Source: Haplodiscus bocki
Taxonomy: Eukaryota
Direction of reading: 5' to 3'
Assembly (NCBI GenBank): GCA_965655095.1
Contig: OZ296649.1
Span: forward strand, 135,718,001 to 135,782,000
Length of the DNA stretch: 64,000 bases
Under the pieces are notes generated by a model. That model worked only from the letters and a program-made list of their open reading frames with translations, ran no database searches and was not told the origin of the DNA. Of this stretch, positions 24,901 through 39,900 are shown in pieces. Within the stretch, counting starts at the first letter, position 1. Each line of letters begins with the position of its first letter. The position numbers and the translations under genes are program-made.

Positions 24901-27900
24901 AACGGTGATAGGCTTCATACTATTTGAAGACAAGTTTGACAAGTTATACATTCCTTCATAGGAAACTATTGAGGACTTTACGGAGATAACTTCCGATCAA
25001 TTCAGACGATAAAGCCAAAACATCGATAGTGCTCCAACTACTTAGCCTATCCAGCCCAGCCCAAGCATTCAAACTGGAACAATTTCTCCAGATTTTCTTG
25101 AATGATATCATTCTCACGGCATAGGCAAGGAAACTCCGTTGCCCAGTTACTGCGCCAAATCAGAATTTAAACTTTGAAACCACCTCAACTTTCGCCGAAC
25201 ATTTCCACAATTACTGTTTTTCAATGAAAGCATGTTCAAAAGATGAAGAGAAAACATAGCCGCCCAAGGCGGATAGGACTTCCGAAAACTTTTAAGATAA
25301 TCATAGGGTCGTTCTTCAACCCTTATTCAATCTTCCCATGAATTGGAATAAATGAGTTCAAAAAGTCCGGGGTTCACACTTTTGTAAGTATACTGACTGG
25401 GGAACAAGAAAAAAATTCATTGTCTTTTTATTTGCGCGCCCTCGCCGCAACTACGATGGTCCGTGTGGTCCCTTCTCTAATGCCAAGCAGCTTTCCTGCC
25501 TTTTTGTAAATTTTTCATTTTTCGCAAGAAATTCTTATTTTGGATCGGGTCGCAAATGTAGTACCAAAAAACCTAGTAACACAATAAAGACTTCGTAAGA
25601 ATAAAATTTTCCCTAGGATCTAATAAATTTTGGGTTAAAAGTAACACACTAGGAAAGCAGTCTAAGTATATGAAGGCGCTATTAAAATTGTATTCCAAAA
25701 AATCATTGAGAAGCACAAGGATAACTTGGGGATTATTTAAATCAAATTTGCAGTCTGCCCACGCCAGAAGTCTAGTATTAACGATGTCAGGATTCGATCT
25801 GAACTAATCAAAGGAATGATCTTGAAATTTGTTTTTGAAATACGAGTAGCACCGCTGGTTTCCAATTTTTACGACATTGTAAGGAAAGTGGAGCGGAGCC
25901 TCTTTAAACCCGAACACTGCCAAATTCAGGGTCAATTACCTATTCGATGGCCTTTCCTGATTTTCGCAGAAACTTTACGACAGAGCTAGTCTATCACATA
26001 CTAAAATTTCGTTTCGGCCCGACATTTCGTCGATTGGTTTTTCGGCAAAATAAACCTGAAAATCGAGCAAATTTTGGTTAATTTGGCAAAACGTTGTCTA
26101 TTGGTAGTCATTTTTTCCCTCATGTAGGCCTCCAAATCATTTACATTTTGTACTGGCATAAAGAGTGGGCTTTGTTCATCCGATACTATTTTTTGGGTGC
26201 GGTCAGAAAATGTTTCGATAGTTTATTTTGCGATTGAATCTAAAACGTGGAGATATTATTGACTATTTAAAACATTTTTCATTTAAAACTTTAATCATAA
26301 ATTCCCGAACCTAAATCTAAAGTTGACTCTAATTTTCCCATCGAATAAAAATGAGACTCCAATCCTTTACATACCAAACTTCGTTTGCAGTCAGATTTTT
26401 TGACACGTTTTTATTTCAAAGAAGGTCCAAATCGGGCTGATTTCGGCTATTAGAAGACCAATTGTCAAAATTTATCCACTCAAATTTAAAATTAGAGCCC
26501 AAAAAATAATAGGTGGCCTAAAAAATATCGGTATTAAAAGGCCTCCGGATTCATCTGGAGGCCTTTAACAAACCGAAGCCATTTAGTGCAATTTCAGTGA
26601 AAATTGGATCTCTTTATGACCAATTGGAAAGTTTGGTTCGATAAAATCCTGCAAGGTGTTCGAGTAATCAACTATCCAAATTTTGAATCACTCTGGTTCA
26701 AGTCAATTCTCGAAAACTTCAAGCTGGAAAACGCTACCTTGTCTCTTTTCTCCACGGCAACAAAACTTGTGAAAGGCGTGATCACTTGATGACGTAGGCT
26801 GAGATCAATGATGGTCTGTTTGAGCTGTTTCTTCACCATTTCATTGGTTGCTTTGTCATTATGTAAGATCGCATTAGTCTCCCAGTCTCGAATCACGGCC
26901 CTGATACAACGGATTATCACAACCTTTTTTACTGAAGAAAAACATTATTTCAGTTCAGAAAAAATCCAGTACATATGACTGGCTATCCAAAACATAAGTG
27001 TAAGGCTAACTTTGCGATATTTTCCACATCCAAAATTTTACCAAAATCAAATCAAATGGAAGCATGTATCTGCTATAAGAATCGCAAATATTCTGAAATC
27101 ACAAAAATTTGGAATCCTTATATCACCTGATGCTCAAATACTAGCAAATATGCCTTAAATTTGTCCACAATCTGCTTGGAATTTTACTTTAGTAGTAGTA
27201 GCATTTCACTCAATTAATCGGCAATTTTGGGAAAAATCAGGATGCAATTCCGTCGTAAGCTTCACCGAAATATTTACTGGAAGTAGCCCAGAAAAAAATT
27301 TCAAAACTGTAGATATAACACTTGATTTTCTAACACTTAGAAACTGTTACGTGCGTGTTCAATTTCTTTAAAGAAATAGAATGTGTGAAATTTACATTTA
27401 CTCAAATTCCAAAGACAGCACTGATTAATGAGACTGTTTTTCAGCGTTTCGGATGCACTCCGATTAAATTCCACTTTCAGAAGAAAAACTAGCTTTCTGA
27501 AAAAATACGAAGCGCTTAAAATAGTTCAAAACTCGGATTCGAAGCCACAATTCAGCAATTAGATGGATCAAAACGTGTCGAAAAAATAGTGCACATCAAT
27601 TGAAGTATAGGTACCTCTCGATTAGCCAACTATTCGCTGAGCTCCTTTGCAGCTATTTACACACTGAATTACCACCAAATTGGCTTTACTCAAGAGATTG
27701 GAAAAATTGAGAAAAAATTCGTAATTATTTTGGAAAAGTCCCTAGAGAAAACCGTGAAAAAAAATTTGACTGTTCAAGCTATGTACTACAGCTTTCCTGC
27801 AACGCATGAAACAAAAACCACTTCAAATTAAAACCGCTACTGCAAATTGAAACCGCTTGTGACCATAATGCCCACGAGATTGTTGAAAAACGACTGTTCT

Positions 27901-30900
27901 CCCTTCACTTTGCGGAATTTTACTCTTGATAGCTCACCAAGAAAAAGTCCGAGAGCTGAAAGGTAAATAGCATTCAGGCTAACCACTATACAAGCTAACG
28001 CGTAGCTTTGACGTCTTTAGAGTGCGCCTAATGTTCATTTTCGACAAAAAAAATTTGTGGCATTACTTACTTAAGACACAAAAGAAAGGCAAAATAGCAC
28101 TGCAAAGCACTGTAAGCAACTCAGTCTAACAATTTCAAGTAGATGGACGTAGATCGAAAGTCTGGGAAGCCGATGAAAAGACAGAAAATGACATTTTACC
28201 GCAGCCAACTGAATGAACCATAGAAAAAATCGAATTTTTCGCAAACAACGCGCTATCACTCGTCAAACACTTCTAAATTGGGAGCCGCAAACGAAATAGT
28301 GAGAATAAAACACTCTTTGGAAGAACTATGCCCCAGATTGAAAGCAAAACCGGTGGAAGGAAGGAAGGAAGCTGACGGAGGAAGGAAGCCGGAAGACCAA
28401 ACGTTCGAAAAGATAAATTTTCCTTTTTTGGCAAAAATTGGCCGAAAAACATTTCTGACATAATTACCACAGGCCATTCGAACGAATGCTATTAGACTGA
28501 TTAGTGCTAAGACATGAGCAACACCGAGCTTACTGTGAAGACGGCAAAAAAATTAGCCTTTGCCCTCAAAAATACGAAAACTGAAGTTTTTTCGCCAAGA
28601 ACTCAGCGAAATGATTTCCACTGCCGAAAACTTGGAATGAGAGATCGTGAATCCGGCGCAATGCTTATCCAAAAACTAGACAAAGTCGATCAATAGGTGC
28701 CGAGATATTTAGAGGAAGTGGGATGAAACGCAGAGGGATGTTGCGGACGATATAAATGAAATCATTGTTAGGTATCTTTCTGCGAATAGGCTTCGATCCG
28801 TTCGCCTAAAAGCATAGCTCTAAAGTGCTTTGAGGTAGACTCGCGAAGATCACAAGACACACCGGAGATCAACATTGCACGTGTTAGAAGCTTCATTGCA
28901 AGCATAGCTGATTCGTAGCTAAAATCTGTCGCCGAAAATCAAATGAACACTTGGCGAAGAAGTAGATCTTTCTGGCATCGATTGCAATGAATTGCCAAAG
29001 GAAGAGAGGCAGTTTCTCACAAAACAGGCAGTCTAGCATTGTCCTCTGGCTACACTTTACAATGCCACACTGACCTACAGAAGACAATCAGAGGACCGAG
29101 AGAAAAAATGAACATTCACAGAAGTTTCCGACAATTTTTTCTGAAACTTTCGGCAAAAATTCGTCTTTAGCACGCGCTCAAAATCAATCGGAGCTTCACG
29201 AAACTTTTTACAACTGAATTAACGTTGATCTTTCTCACCATTTAAAAATCGGTCAAGTTACATAAAATCTCCCAAAATAAGATAAAAAAGGTCGACTTTG
29301 ACGATCTTTTGCCAAAAAATGGCGAAAAACACGAAATATTTTAAGGGACCTGTGACATTCTCAATGGCTTCAGAAGAGACAAGATGGTTTCATTGTGAGG
29401 AAAACAAATGAAGCCATCTCCAGGTCTTCAGTAAGGTAAAAGACCGAGAAACATGGAATCTTCCGCTTATTCGCATGATAGTGTCCGCTGGATTAACGCG
29501 GAAAAGAAAACAACGAAGAATCTCCTGAGGCACCATGAGGTCTACTTGACCTCTGACAATCAATCAACTGAGTAAATTAGGTTTTTGCACGTCCGCCAGG
29601 CGGTGGTAAAGCCGGAGAACATGCCCTTTTCCATCTTTTTCTTTTCAAAATTCGACGGCATCAAGACAGGTTGATTTCGCACCGATTCAACTAACATAGG
29701 CACACATCGTATGTGAATGGTTCTGCTGCTAGTCAAATTCGACAATTTGCCCAAACAATTTTCGACGTTTTCAGTTTAATTTCGCTTATTATCTCTCGGC
29801 GAGAAATATTCGGAGGTGCAAAATAAGGGAAATGGTCATTTGCAACCTTGCCGTACAGATTTTCAAAACTAGAACGCCTCAGCCAATATGCTCTGAGATG
29901 AAACGTTCAAAATCAAGAAATGCCGAGGGCACTTCATGTCACTAAGTGGAAAAATTCTAAAATGGTAAAATTTGTCTGAAAAAGGAGAAAAACGGCACTA
30001 GCGACTGAATAATTTTCCTTTCCATATATAAAATACGGAGGCATAAAATAAAAAAGCGCGAATATTACTCAACAGGATTATTGAAAAAGGCACGATCAAT
30101 ACAAGCCACTGAAGGTACCTCCTCTGATTTTTCTCCTTATGTATTTGTTTGGATTAAATGACTTCCGGCGTGATGCCCGAACGCGACATCAATTTGCCAA
30201 ACGGGATTTGTTGTCTCCTGGGACATCAGAGATGATTACGATATACCGTTAACCTCCAACGACGAAAACAAGAGATGTTTATTCCCAAATTTTTCATACC
30301 CGAAAACCGGGAAAATACCGAATGATCAAGACCATAAAGGCTACCGAATGCGATCTCGTTCTCAAGATTACTCGATTACAAAATACTTGATTTTTTAATA
30401 TCGATCAATCCACTGTATCCATTTTTATTATTTCCCAGCATTTTGCCAGTTTTTCGGGTTCATTTTCAAGCAAAGTTTTTGATCGAATGTTTGAATATAT
30501 TTTCTGAATGTTCGAATAAGCTTTCAATACATTTCTTTCATCTCTAGCGTGGCGAATATTCTAAAGTGATTATAGTTCGTTGTATTCAAATGGTGACAAT
30601 TAATGAATGATAATCCGTGCCTGGCAGCCAGTTGATGAACCATTTGTCCTTCGGTCACTTGCAGGTCAGGACAGGAAATTACAGTGGATATTTCTTGACC
30701 GTTTAGTTCCGCTCTCAGAATTACTTGTCTACAGTGTCTGACAAGTCCATACACCACAACACGCTCTCCATCAAACAAAACTGATAAGTTAGCAGGAGCC
30801 TGCAAAGAAGAACGATAAAATACTTAGAGAAATTTATTCATTAGTTCTTCCCTTTCACGCTCTAGGGTGTAGGGTGCTAGGCAATGCGGAAACATTTGAA

Positions 30901-33900
30901 AAAAATGCAGTTTTTCGAAGGTCAGAATCAATAGTCAACGGAGATAAAGCTCGATGTCACAATAAAACAAACAGAAAGCAAATAAAATAATTGATCAAAT
31001 TTTTTGCCCTTAATATACTTTTGTAGTTTACATGTCATTTTTTGTAGTTTACAAATCTCTGGAAAAGCTAAGCATGTAAGCATGTTTAACATCAACTTCT
31101 GAAACTCCGACTTCATGTTCTTTAAGAACTTTGAAAGATTTAAATGTTAAAATACTTAGCTTCGTTGTTCCAACATCTCTGCTTTAGAAGTCGCAGAGCT
31201 AGAACCCTAATACGCGTGTTGCTAGAACACGAAAACTAACGGTACCTCCCATTTTGAACGTAAACATATTTTTTTTTGTGAAAATAACGGGAAGAAATCA
31301 GCAGGTACCTGAATCAAACCAGAGCCATCCAGAGGATTATAAACTGGTCGATTTTCTTTTTCATCATGGAGCACCCACTGAACAGAAACTTTATTCAGAG
31401 CAAGTTGGAAGCACTTTTTGAATTGCATCTTAATTTTTTCCATCCATGACGACTTGTGAGAAGTATCGAAAAACTCGAAGAAACCACCAGCTTTGTTAGC
31501 GATAAGCCTCATCGTGTGTTTGTCGCAAGAACTAGAAACTCCGTTGGTAAACAACCGAAATTGGCTATCTTCTGCGCCTTCGAACACTCTTAGTATCGAG
31601 CTTTGCACGTTTTGTGTCAAATGACCGTCGCTGAATAGCATCAAAACTGTTTTCAAGTTGACTTCCTTTTTCGATCGCAGCAAAAGGTTGGAACCATCTC
31701 CTTTTCCTTGGAAGAGGGCTGATAACATTCCAAGAGGTTTCCCCAATTCGGTCCCGCCCAGCGCTTCAAAATTGGACGCAAGTTTGCCCAGAGTCGCAAT
31801 TGCCGACTTCTTTGAAGTTTCATCCGCTTTCAGAGACTTGTCAAAAACTTCGCGGTAATTAGTTCCGAAAACTATGACGTTGAAAAGTTGGTTTTCTTTC
31901 AAGTTCATTATTGTCAAACACGCTAATTGTATTGCAGTGAAAAAAGCACGGTCATGTTTCATTGAGTTTGAGAGATCTACGAGAAGTATAATCTGATTGG
32001 TTGAAAGACTCGTCTTCGATTGGCTGGCTTCAAACTGAGGGTAGAAAGACAGCATGACGGCTTCGTCGTCAGAATTATCAGGCAATCGCTCGACCCACAT
32101 TCTGGGTTTGTTAACTTCTTCTAAGTGGATCAGCAACTCGAGTCCGTCTTTTCCAAGGCCTTGGTCATTTTCTGATGCTCCATTCGGAAGGGCACATACC
32201 GCTTGAGTTTCGGTACGCTGAAAACATAGAGCTTTTGAAAAGATTAAATTAGGGGTATACTCTCAACTTACTGAGTAAAAAGCATGTATCAATGGAGCCA
32301 ACACCTTCATACCAGTAAACAGACTTTCAAGTTTGAAACTGTTTGAAAACCGGTCGTTATTTAAACTCGTTTTAATTTCTCAGACTTTCGTTGCCTTCAT
32401 TTAGACTTAGTTAATAATCCAAGTGACTTCAAAAAGATTCAAGTGCACTTGGTGCTAAACGTTGAATTCTCGAAATGGTTGAGTGCCCGCACTAAAATCA
32501 ATAAACAAACCCAAGCTACCAAACCATGTGATAAATGAAATCTCAAAGACTATTTTGTTTAACCCATTATACATTTATTTCTCCACGTAACATGCCCTAG
32601 TATTCCATACACTTGATTTATGTGATGCCTTACAGTTTTCTGCTTTCTTTGCCTATGAGTGCACTATTCTTCTTGAAATCTTGTTACATCAAGGATCGAA
32701 ATTTACAACTCTTAGTGCTTAAATAAGTAAGAACTTTTTAAAGTCTATGAAATCGGGCATACCTTAATTTTGAGTTGCGGATGCGTCCTTGAAGTGAGCT
32801 GTTTGATTGCCGATCCCATATTTGCCTGCAGTTCAAATGTAAACTTATGTCGCACAGACTTATCTTCAGCATTTCCGGCGTTAACGGAAACCGAATCCAA
32901 CTTCGTTTGCAACTTCATTTCTTCTAAAGATTTGATACTCCAGGGTGCCACGGCTGCGGGCAACGAAAACTTGACTTGAGACCCTTCAACTTGCAATTCT
33001 GTCACATACGTTATTTTTATAAGCACCGTCGCTTGCGGGGGCAAATTGCCCACTGCGACCGAAAACACATTTGGGGTTTCCTTTTCCTCTTCCATCAAAT
33101 AAGCTCCATGACCTTCCTCAATTGCTTTCTTGTACTCCTTCCGAGCCGCAACTTTTTCTTTGACTTCGCCCACAATGTGTTTTCCGTTGATGTAGGCTTC
33201 GAACCCGACAACGGTGCAAAACTCGTCCAATGGAAAAACGTATTTAGCTTCGATGTTAGAAGACGTGCTATTGTTTTTGTAGACTTGCATCACGACGACG
33301 CTGGCAACAAGGTCAACCATTTTCGCCCGGATATGAACTGCCTGTAGAGGGATCGAATCCCGTAAACCGCTCTGAGGTACAAGTCCTGCTTCGCTCATTG
33401 GAGGCGTCAGAGATGAAAGATGCTCCAATTCTGAAATAGCTTCCTATTGGTCAAATTCGAAAGCTCTCCAAGGGGTCGAAACGTCGCGCTTTTTGGATGA
33501 AAGTTGGACTAGACAAAATTTTGATGAAACCTACAACTTTCAATTGACTCAATTGAATACAATTATTTGCCGACTCCAAATAATGACTGGCAAAATTTGA
33601 TCCAGAGAATTCAGTCAAATAAATTTTTTCAAGTTTGCTAATGGGTATATAAATTCACTAGACCGGTGTGAAATTGGAAAGCCAATTGAGAACTAACTTC
33701 TTTCATGAAAACTATTCTATTTGTTGTTCAATGCCATTAAATCAGCAACCAGCTAACATCAAATTCTTGTTTCTTGCAAAAGTTTAACTCAATAGAAAGC
33801 TATACAAGGAACTAAACTCACTCAAATCTTCAGCCTTCCGCAACTCTTCATTCCCACTTTCTTTCTTCCTGGTACTGTCACTGTCATCCAATAGTAACTT

Positions 33901-36900
33901 TTGCCCAACTTTTCCTTTCGCTCGCTTTTCCCCAATTTTCCCAGTATCATCTTTCAGCTTGAGTTGTACCAGGTACTTAATGCTGATCTGACTTGTATCA
34001 TAAACTACAACTTCTTGCCCGGATTCAAACTCTTTGGAGCCCAGGGCACTGACGACACTGTTGTACCCGTCAGGTGCTTTCACGAAGTCAATTTTCAGGT
34101 CATCAGCACTGTACTCCTTGCCGCAAGCTACGTCACAAACTAGCAAGTAGCGGAACTCGTTTTGGGCACAAGAAGTGTATTTTAAACTGGTTGTGCATTG
34201 GGGTGAAAAGTAAACGCCTGCTCCCAATTTGCCAAAGTCTGTCAGGTTTATTCCGAATTCGTTGGTTACTATGTTTGGCAGCAAAAGACCCCTACAAGTT
34301 AAAGGTTTGATTTGATGGATTTATTCTTACAATGAGATTTAATAAAATTAGTATACTGTAATGACATTGAAACAAAGATATAGGTGCAACAGATTCCGGG
34401 AAACATTTTCCGACACTTCCGCATGATAACAACGTTTTCCACACATTCTTCTCCCTTTTACCACTTTGCTGAAAATTGGCCCTTGTGGATCTTGACTATA
34501 GAAACACTAGAACTCTTATCTTTCTTTTTTTAACCGCAGATCTAAAAATCATATTGAATGAAGAAACATCTTACGTGTCACAGTCTTATGTTGTAGATAG
34601 AATACGGTGAACATGACAATATCCTGAGAAAGAATCGATTTTGAAGTCTCGCAAAAACTGGACCCAAAACTTGATATGAGATAACACCGACTCCAATAGG
34701 CTTAAGTAGAACTTCATATGATTTGAATGCCCAAATTTCTAGATGCAGGACTTCGAATATGACAAATAACGTCAAAATAGCAGAAAAAGGACCGTTTTTC
34801 ATGAATTCTTTGACATTAAAACTGCGATGAAACAATTTTACACAATCAAAACTTCGCAAGTAAAACTTTGGGGTCTACAAGATAAGTCAATGATAAACTC
34901 AGTTGGTTCGAAGGCCTATGTGTCAAGATAGAGGTCTTCGGAAATGAAAAAGTAACGGCCAAAAAAACTGCGATTTCCATAAGTCTTCCGGGAAAATCTC
35001 ATCGCAGCCAAAAATAACTATATGATAAATTAGAGTCTCTCCGCTATGTGAACACAAAACATGCTAGGGGAGCAGATGCTAGAATAGAGAAATTAAAGTT
35101 GATAAAGTATTTCAAAATAGGCAAAATAAGCTCGATTTTCAAAATTCTTTTCCAAAAAAAACTATTAAAGAGATTTTGGATCACAATGAAAAGGCAGTAG
35201 GTGACAAAATGGGGTCTCCTTGTTAAATCTGTGCAAAAATCAAGTGACTTGGAGACTTATATACCAGGATGCATGACTTAAAATTGATAAGATACTTCCA
35301 AAAATAGCCAAAAATCCCGATTTTCAAGTTATTATCGCAAAAAATCTGTCGCAAAAAAAACAAGACCGCAACCAAAAATTATGCGAACTATTGGAGTCTG
35401 TTTATTCTCCTTAGCTAAAATTCAGGTGACTTCGAAATAGCTCCTCCAATAAGACGAAGCATCGTCAAAACAAAATTTAAAAGAAGACATGTTTTGGTCA
35501 ATATGATCATCATGTCGAAAAAAGTGGACAGAGGAATATTCATGTAAGAAATAAATAAAACTACGGTAGAGTTCTCCTAGAACAATACGAACTACTGTAA
35601 AAACGTAGCATCAAATGAAGATGATCATACTATTTCCGGGAAATGAACAGTGGGTTCTTCTCCACAATAAAAAGGGCCTCTAAGGTCACAAGAATAGACT
35701 CCATTGAAAACCAATGAAAGAACCACGTGCGTCCATTTACTTTAGATCTTGTTCACCCACGATTAAGAAAATGATACAAGCGGGAGAGCCGTTGCGACCA
35801 TCCTGTCATCCTGGTTCCAAGATGCTGCTCCATCAGTCCCAAATACTGGGCACTGCACCCAGGACATGTAGTTTCATGAACCACTTTCAATCTCAAACTC
35901 ATTGGAACAGGCGCTTTTGAACTTGATAGCATCATCTGATGTTTTTTGAGTTGTGGGAATGACGGTAAAAAGCCCGCAACTTTCCTCTGACTCTAAAATC
36001 TTGACAAAACAATCTGTGTGCGAGCCACGATTGTCGAGAGAGAAACCCCTAGCGCTTTTCCGCAATCAGATGTCGATTTAGGTTTCTCGAGGGAATCACC
36101 ATAGCACTTGTACATAGAAGCTTCAATTAGAGAGTTGTAAAATTCTGGTGGCCATTCATTGGTCTACAAAAGCTTTTTCAAAACTTCGAGTTTTTAATGA
36201 AACAGTACCTAGGACGACCAAAATTGGAGAGACCAAAGGGCCTTGCTGGCGGTAAGTACCAAAATTTACCGTACTGTTTTTTTCCGAAAGGCAATCGAGC
36301 TAGTCATTATATTCAAATAGCTCAACAGCTTTGTTGATTGTTTCCTTCAATGGGATCATTGTCAAGGGTGAATTCATGTCGAGTGAAGCAAAATTTTCTC
36401 CACGACGGAGTGCAAGATCACGTAATTGTTTCGCATTTGTTTTTGTTCACTAATGAATGCGAGATGGCTTCAATTTCTCAGCAATTCGTGCAAGTTGATT
36501 GCCAAGCTTCTCATATGAAGGTCTCGGCATGGAGACGGTAGGCCTCAAGGGGTTGATTTTGTACTTTAGCGAGTCCGTAAAGATGTACAAGCTGTCCTCC
36601 AATGGATCGAGCAGCTTCGATAAATTCTGTTTCTCTTTATATTTAGAAGTTGGATGGTCACTCGATCAATTCAGGCCAAAAAATGGTTCCATGCGCTAGC
36701 GCGGCTTTTCACCTAAATATTTTTGGATTGTATGACCTCAAGAAATTTATCAAGCTTTCCGTTGTAGTTTTTCCTTGTTAGTAATAAAAAATGAACATCC
36801 TCTATCAGAGGAAAATGCTACCAAGTCATCACGTTTCGGAAAAGCAGAAGCAGTGAGCACCATGCGGTCGACCTTGAGCTTCGTGCAATTCCGATTGTTT

Positions 36901-39900
36901 CGAATAGCCAACGTTTTTACGTCATTCTTCCATTTGTCGATCCCACCAGAACGTTGTTGCTGCGTCACCAAGTGGAATTTTTGTTTGAAAGAGCCGCGAG
37001 TCGAAGGCTGTCATAACCGGAAGTTTCGTGCTGAAAGACAGTAGATTCAATATACTCTGCGGTAGTTTTACGCCGTCATCGCAAACACCGGTTCTTTCAT
37101 TAGTCATTAATTTGTAAATGTCTTTCAAGTTGAAGCGAGTTTCTTCATTTCGGATTCAATTTCAACTTTCGTCCACTTGATAGCACTAGCCTGTGTCTTC
37201 GCACGTAGAAAGAGACGCCGAGTACCATGACAAGTTCTAAAGTTCCGCCACAACTTGTCGGAGAGGCAAAAGTATCTCAGGGTCTTCGAGCTTCTCCGCG
37301 GTTTTGTGGGTCACCATTCGAAGCAATTTCAGGTAAAATTGTTCCACAAAATCTCCACTGAATACTCCGTTGCTAGGTCATTGGAACTTGAAGAAATCTT
37401 GGCAAAATATTAGCCAAAAATAGCTCTGTTTTCAAGTTTCTTTCCGAAAATCTGATTTTCGGACCTCTACCAAAAAACAGCATTTGGTAGATTCGAGCTC
37501 CGTTGTAACATTTTTGCGAAAAATTTGACCAAATGGCGAAGAAGTATCAAGCTCCAAACGAAAAATTTCTCAAAAGAAAATGAAGTTAATACATTAGACG
37601 TAGCTTTCTACAGGCCAGATGTCAAAATGCGTGGTCTTCCGAGGATGATTGGCCAGTAAATGCAAGGAAACGATATACACGGTACACAACTACGTAACAC
37701 AACTAAGCAATCAATGTTGACATCAAAGTCGATTCACATCAAATCCACATTTTCAAGTCTGGGAAAATTGTCGGACAAGACCTGGTTCCAATACTATCTT
37801 CACCGTCGCGTTGGATAATAAAAATGACCAAAATTGTTATAAAAATTATTGCAATTTTATACAACACTTGTGGAAAAAATCAGTTGACTGCTTATTCCTC
37901 ATTTTTTAAACAATTTTTGGAAGCATTTGAAACCCGGCATTCAACGAAAAAAGGATACTTTGTCCCCACAAATCTTTCATCAGTATCATACCACAGAGGT
38001 GAAGCTGTGTTTTGCAACAGTGGCGCAAACGGAATACATGTAAGAAACGCTTTAAACTTCATTCGGTTGCTATTTTCAAGAAAATACTGATTCTCAGGCG
38101 AAAATTGCAAAGCTAGCAAGTGATGCGACTGTGGCGCGATAGGTCCAAGGTTCCCTTCTCTTTGATCAAAATCTAGGAACTTATGCTAGTTTTGAACGGA
38201 TCGGAAGAAAAGTAAGCAGAAGACTTATGTAACACTTGGTTCCGCAAGTTTAACCATACCTTGATAGAATTCCGATAAGATTGGACACGTTGGTACCGTG
38301 AAACAGTCTTCTCACGTTGCCAATATTGCTTTTGAATTCTGCCAATTCACTGGCTTTGGTAACTTGGAACAACCCAACTATTTCTCCATCCAGATCTTCT
38401 GGCATCAATAACGACTCAATACTGTCACTTTCAACACTCACAGGCACAATCATAGAGTCCAATGCTTCGTACATGGCTCTCACGGCTGGCTTCGTATTCC
38501 AGTTAGTTACTTCTCCGAATGATACCATGTCCTTGATTACCTGTAAACAAATAAATTTTGTATTGTAAGGACAAACTAAGCGTAACTTCGCGACACATGT
38601 TGACTAGAAACACCGTACTATCAAAGATTGCGATATTTTTCAAAAAATATAACAGAAATAAGTAAAACAAAACCTCAAAGATCCTGAAAGTCAACTGGTA
38701 CCAAGCTTGGAGACGAGATTCACACTTTTGGAATTACGAGACCATCTGTCAATCAAACATTTACTCGCAAATGCAATTGCAACAAGTTCCTGCCATATTG
38801 ACTCAAACTCATCACTCAATTAGTTAATTCTTCCTTACATTTACGGACGGTTTTGGTCACTTTTGAGCTCATTCAAAAATTAGCATCTTTCAGAGCGTGA
38901 AATTAAACAATCGATAGCTAAATGTCGTTTAGAAAAAGGACGTTTTTCAGAGTTAATATCGCAGAAACAGACTTTCTGATCACGTCAGAAAATGCAAGTG
39001 TTGTATGAGAAAAAATCTCGGTTACCCGTCATGAAAGTCAAACTGAAATTTCATTCCACAATATGTAAAACTGGACTATTCAGTGCAGACAACCCAAAAC
39101 TAACTTGACACATATCCAGTTTTTGAGCAATCCTCTGCAACGAAAGATCATCTTCGGGCCTTTTGTGAGGCAGGCAGTCGAAAAACTTGCGAGTCAGATC
39201 CGAACATTTGAAAGTCATCAGAACGAGGTCTCGCATTTCATCCTTTAATATTTCAACTTTTTTCTCGTTAGTTCCTGAATTTTCCATTTTTCCCAACTTT
39301 TTCGTTTCGGCAGCTGTCGATAATTGCTTCAATCTTCTGATCTCCAGAAGATAGCCAATGGCTTCTTCAATTGTGTCACGGTTACAAGGTTCGATTGAGA
39401 AGTTTTTCAGGTCGTCAAAAGAGCTTCTAGCTTCCGAGTAAAGTGTTTGAATCAAATCAACAACTTCGTCATCTAATTTGGCATCTGTAGAGTTGGAATC
39501 CAGTATAATCGCCTAAAGAAAAGATAAGTATGCAGATGAAAAAAAACTTAATTTGCAGTGTGTTGATTAAACAAAACAAGGACTGATAGTAAATAATTTT
39601 CAGCATCTTTCTATCAGTGTAAAGGTATTTCAGACTAAAAATTGAAATTGCGAAAAATCCCAACTCAGAGTTTTGCATACAAGGCAGTCCCCAGTCCTCA
39701 TCCACTATTTTATGGAACTTTGATTTTGTTCCAATTTTACCGACACAAATATTTAGCATCGCTTGATAGCTTCCGTAATATAAAAGTAACAGGCCAAGAA
39801 TGGTCGGAGTCGGTGGCACTTGGATGGCTCAAAATATTCATAGGAAGGAGCTGATTTTGATGTTTGAAAAAAAATGTACTTTTGATATATTTTATGGTTT

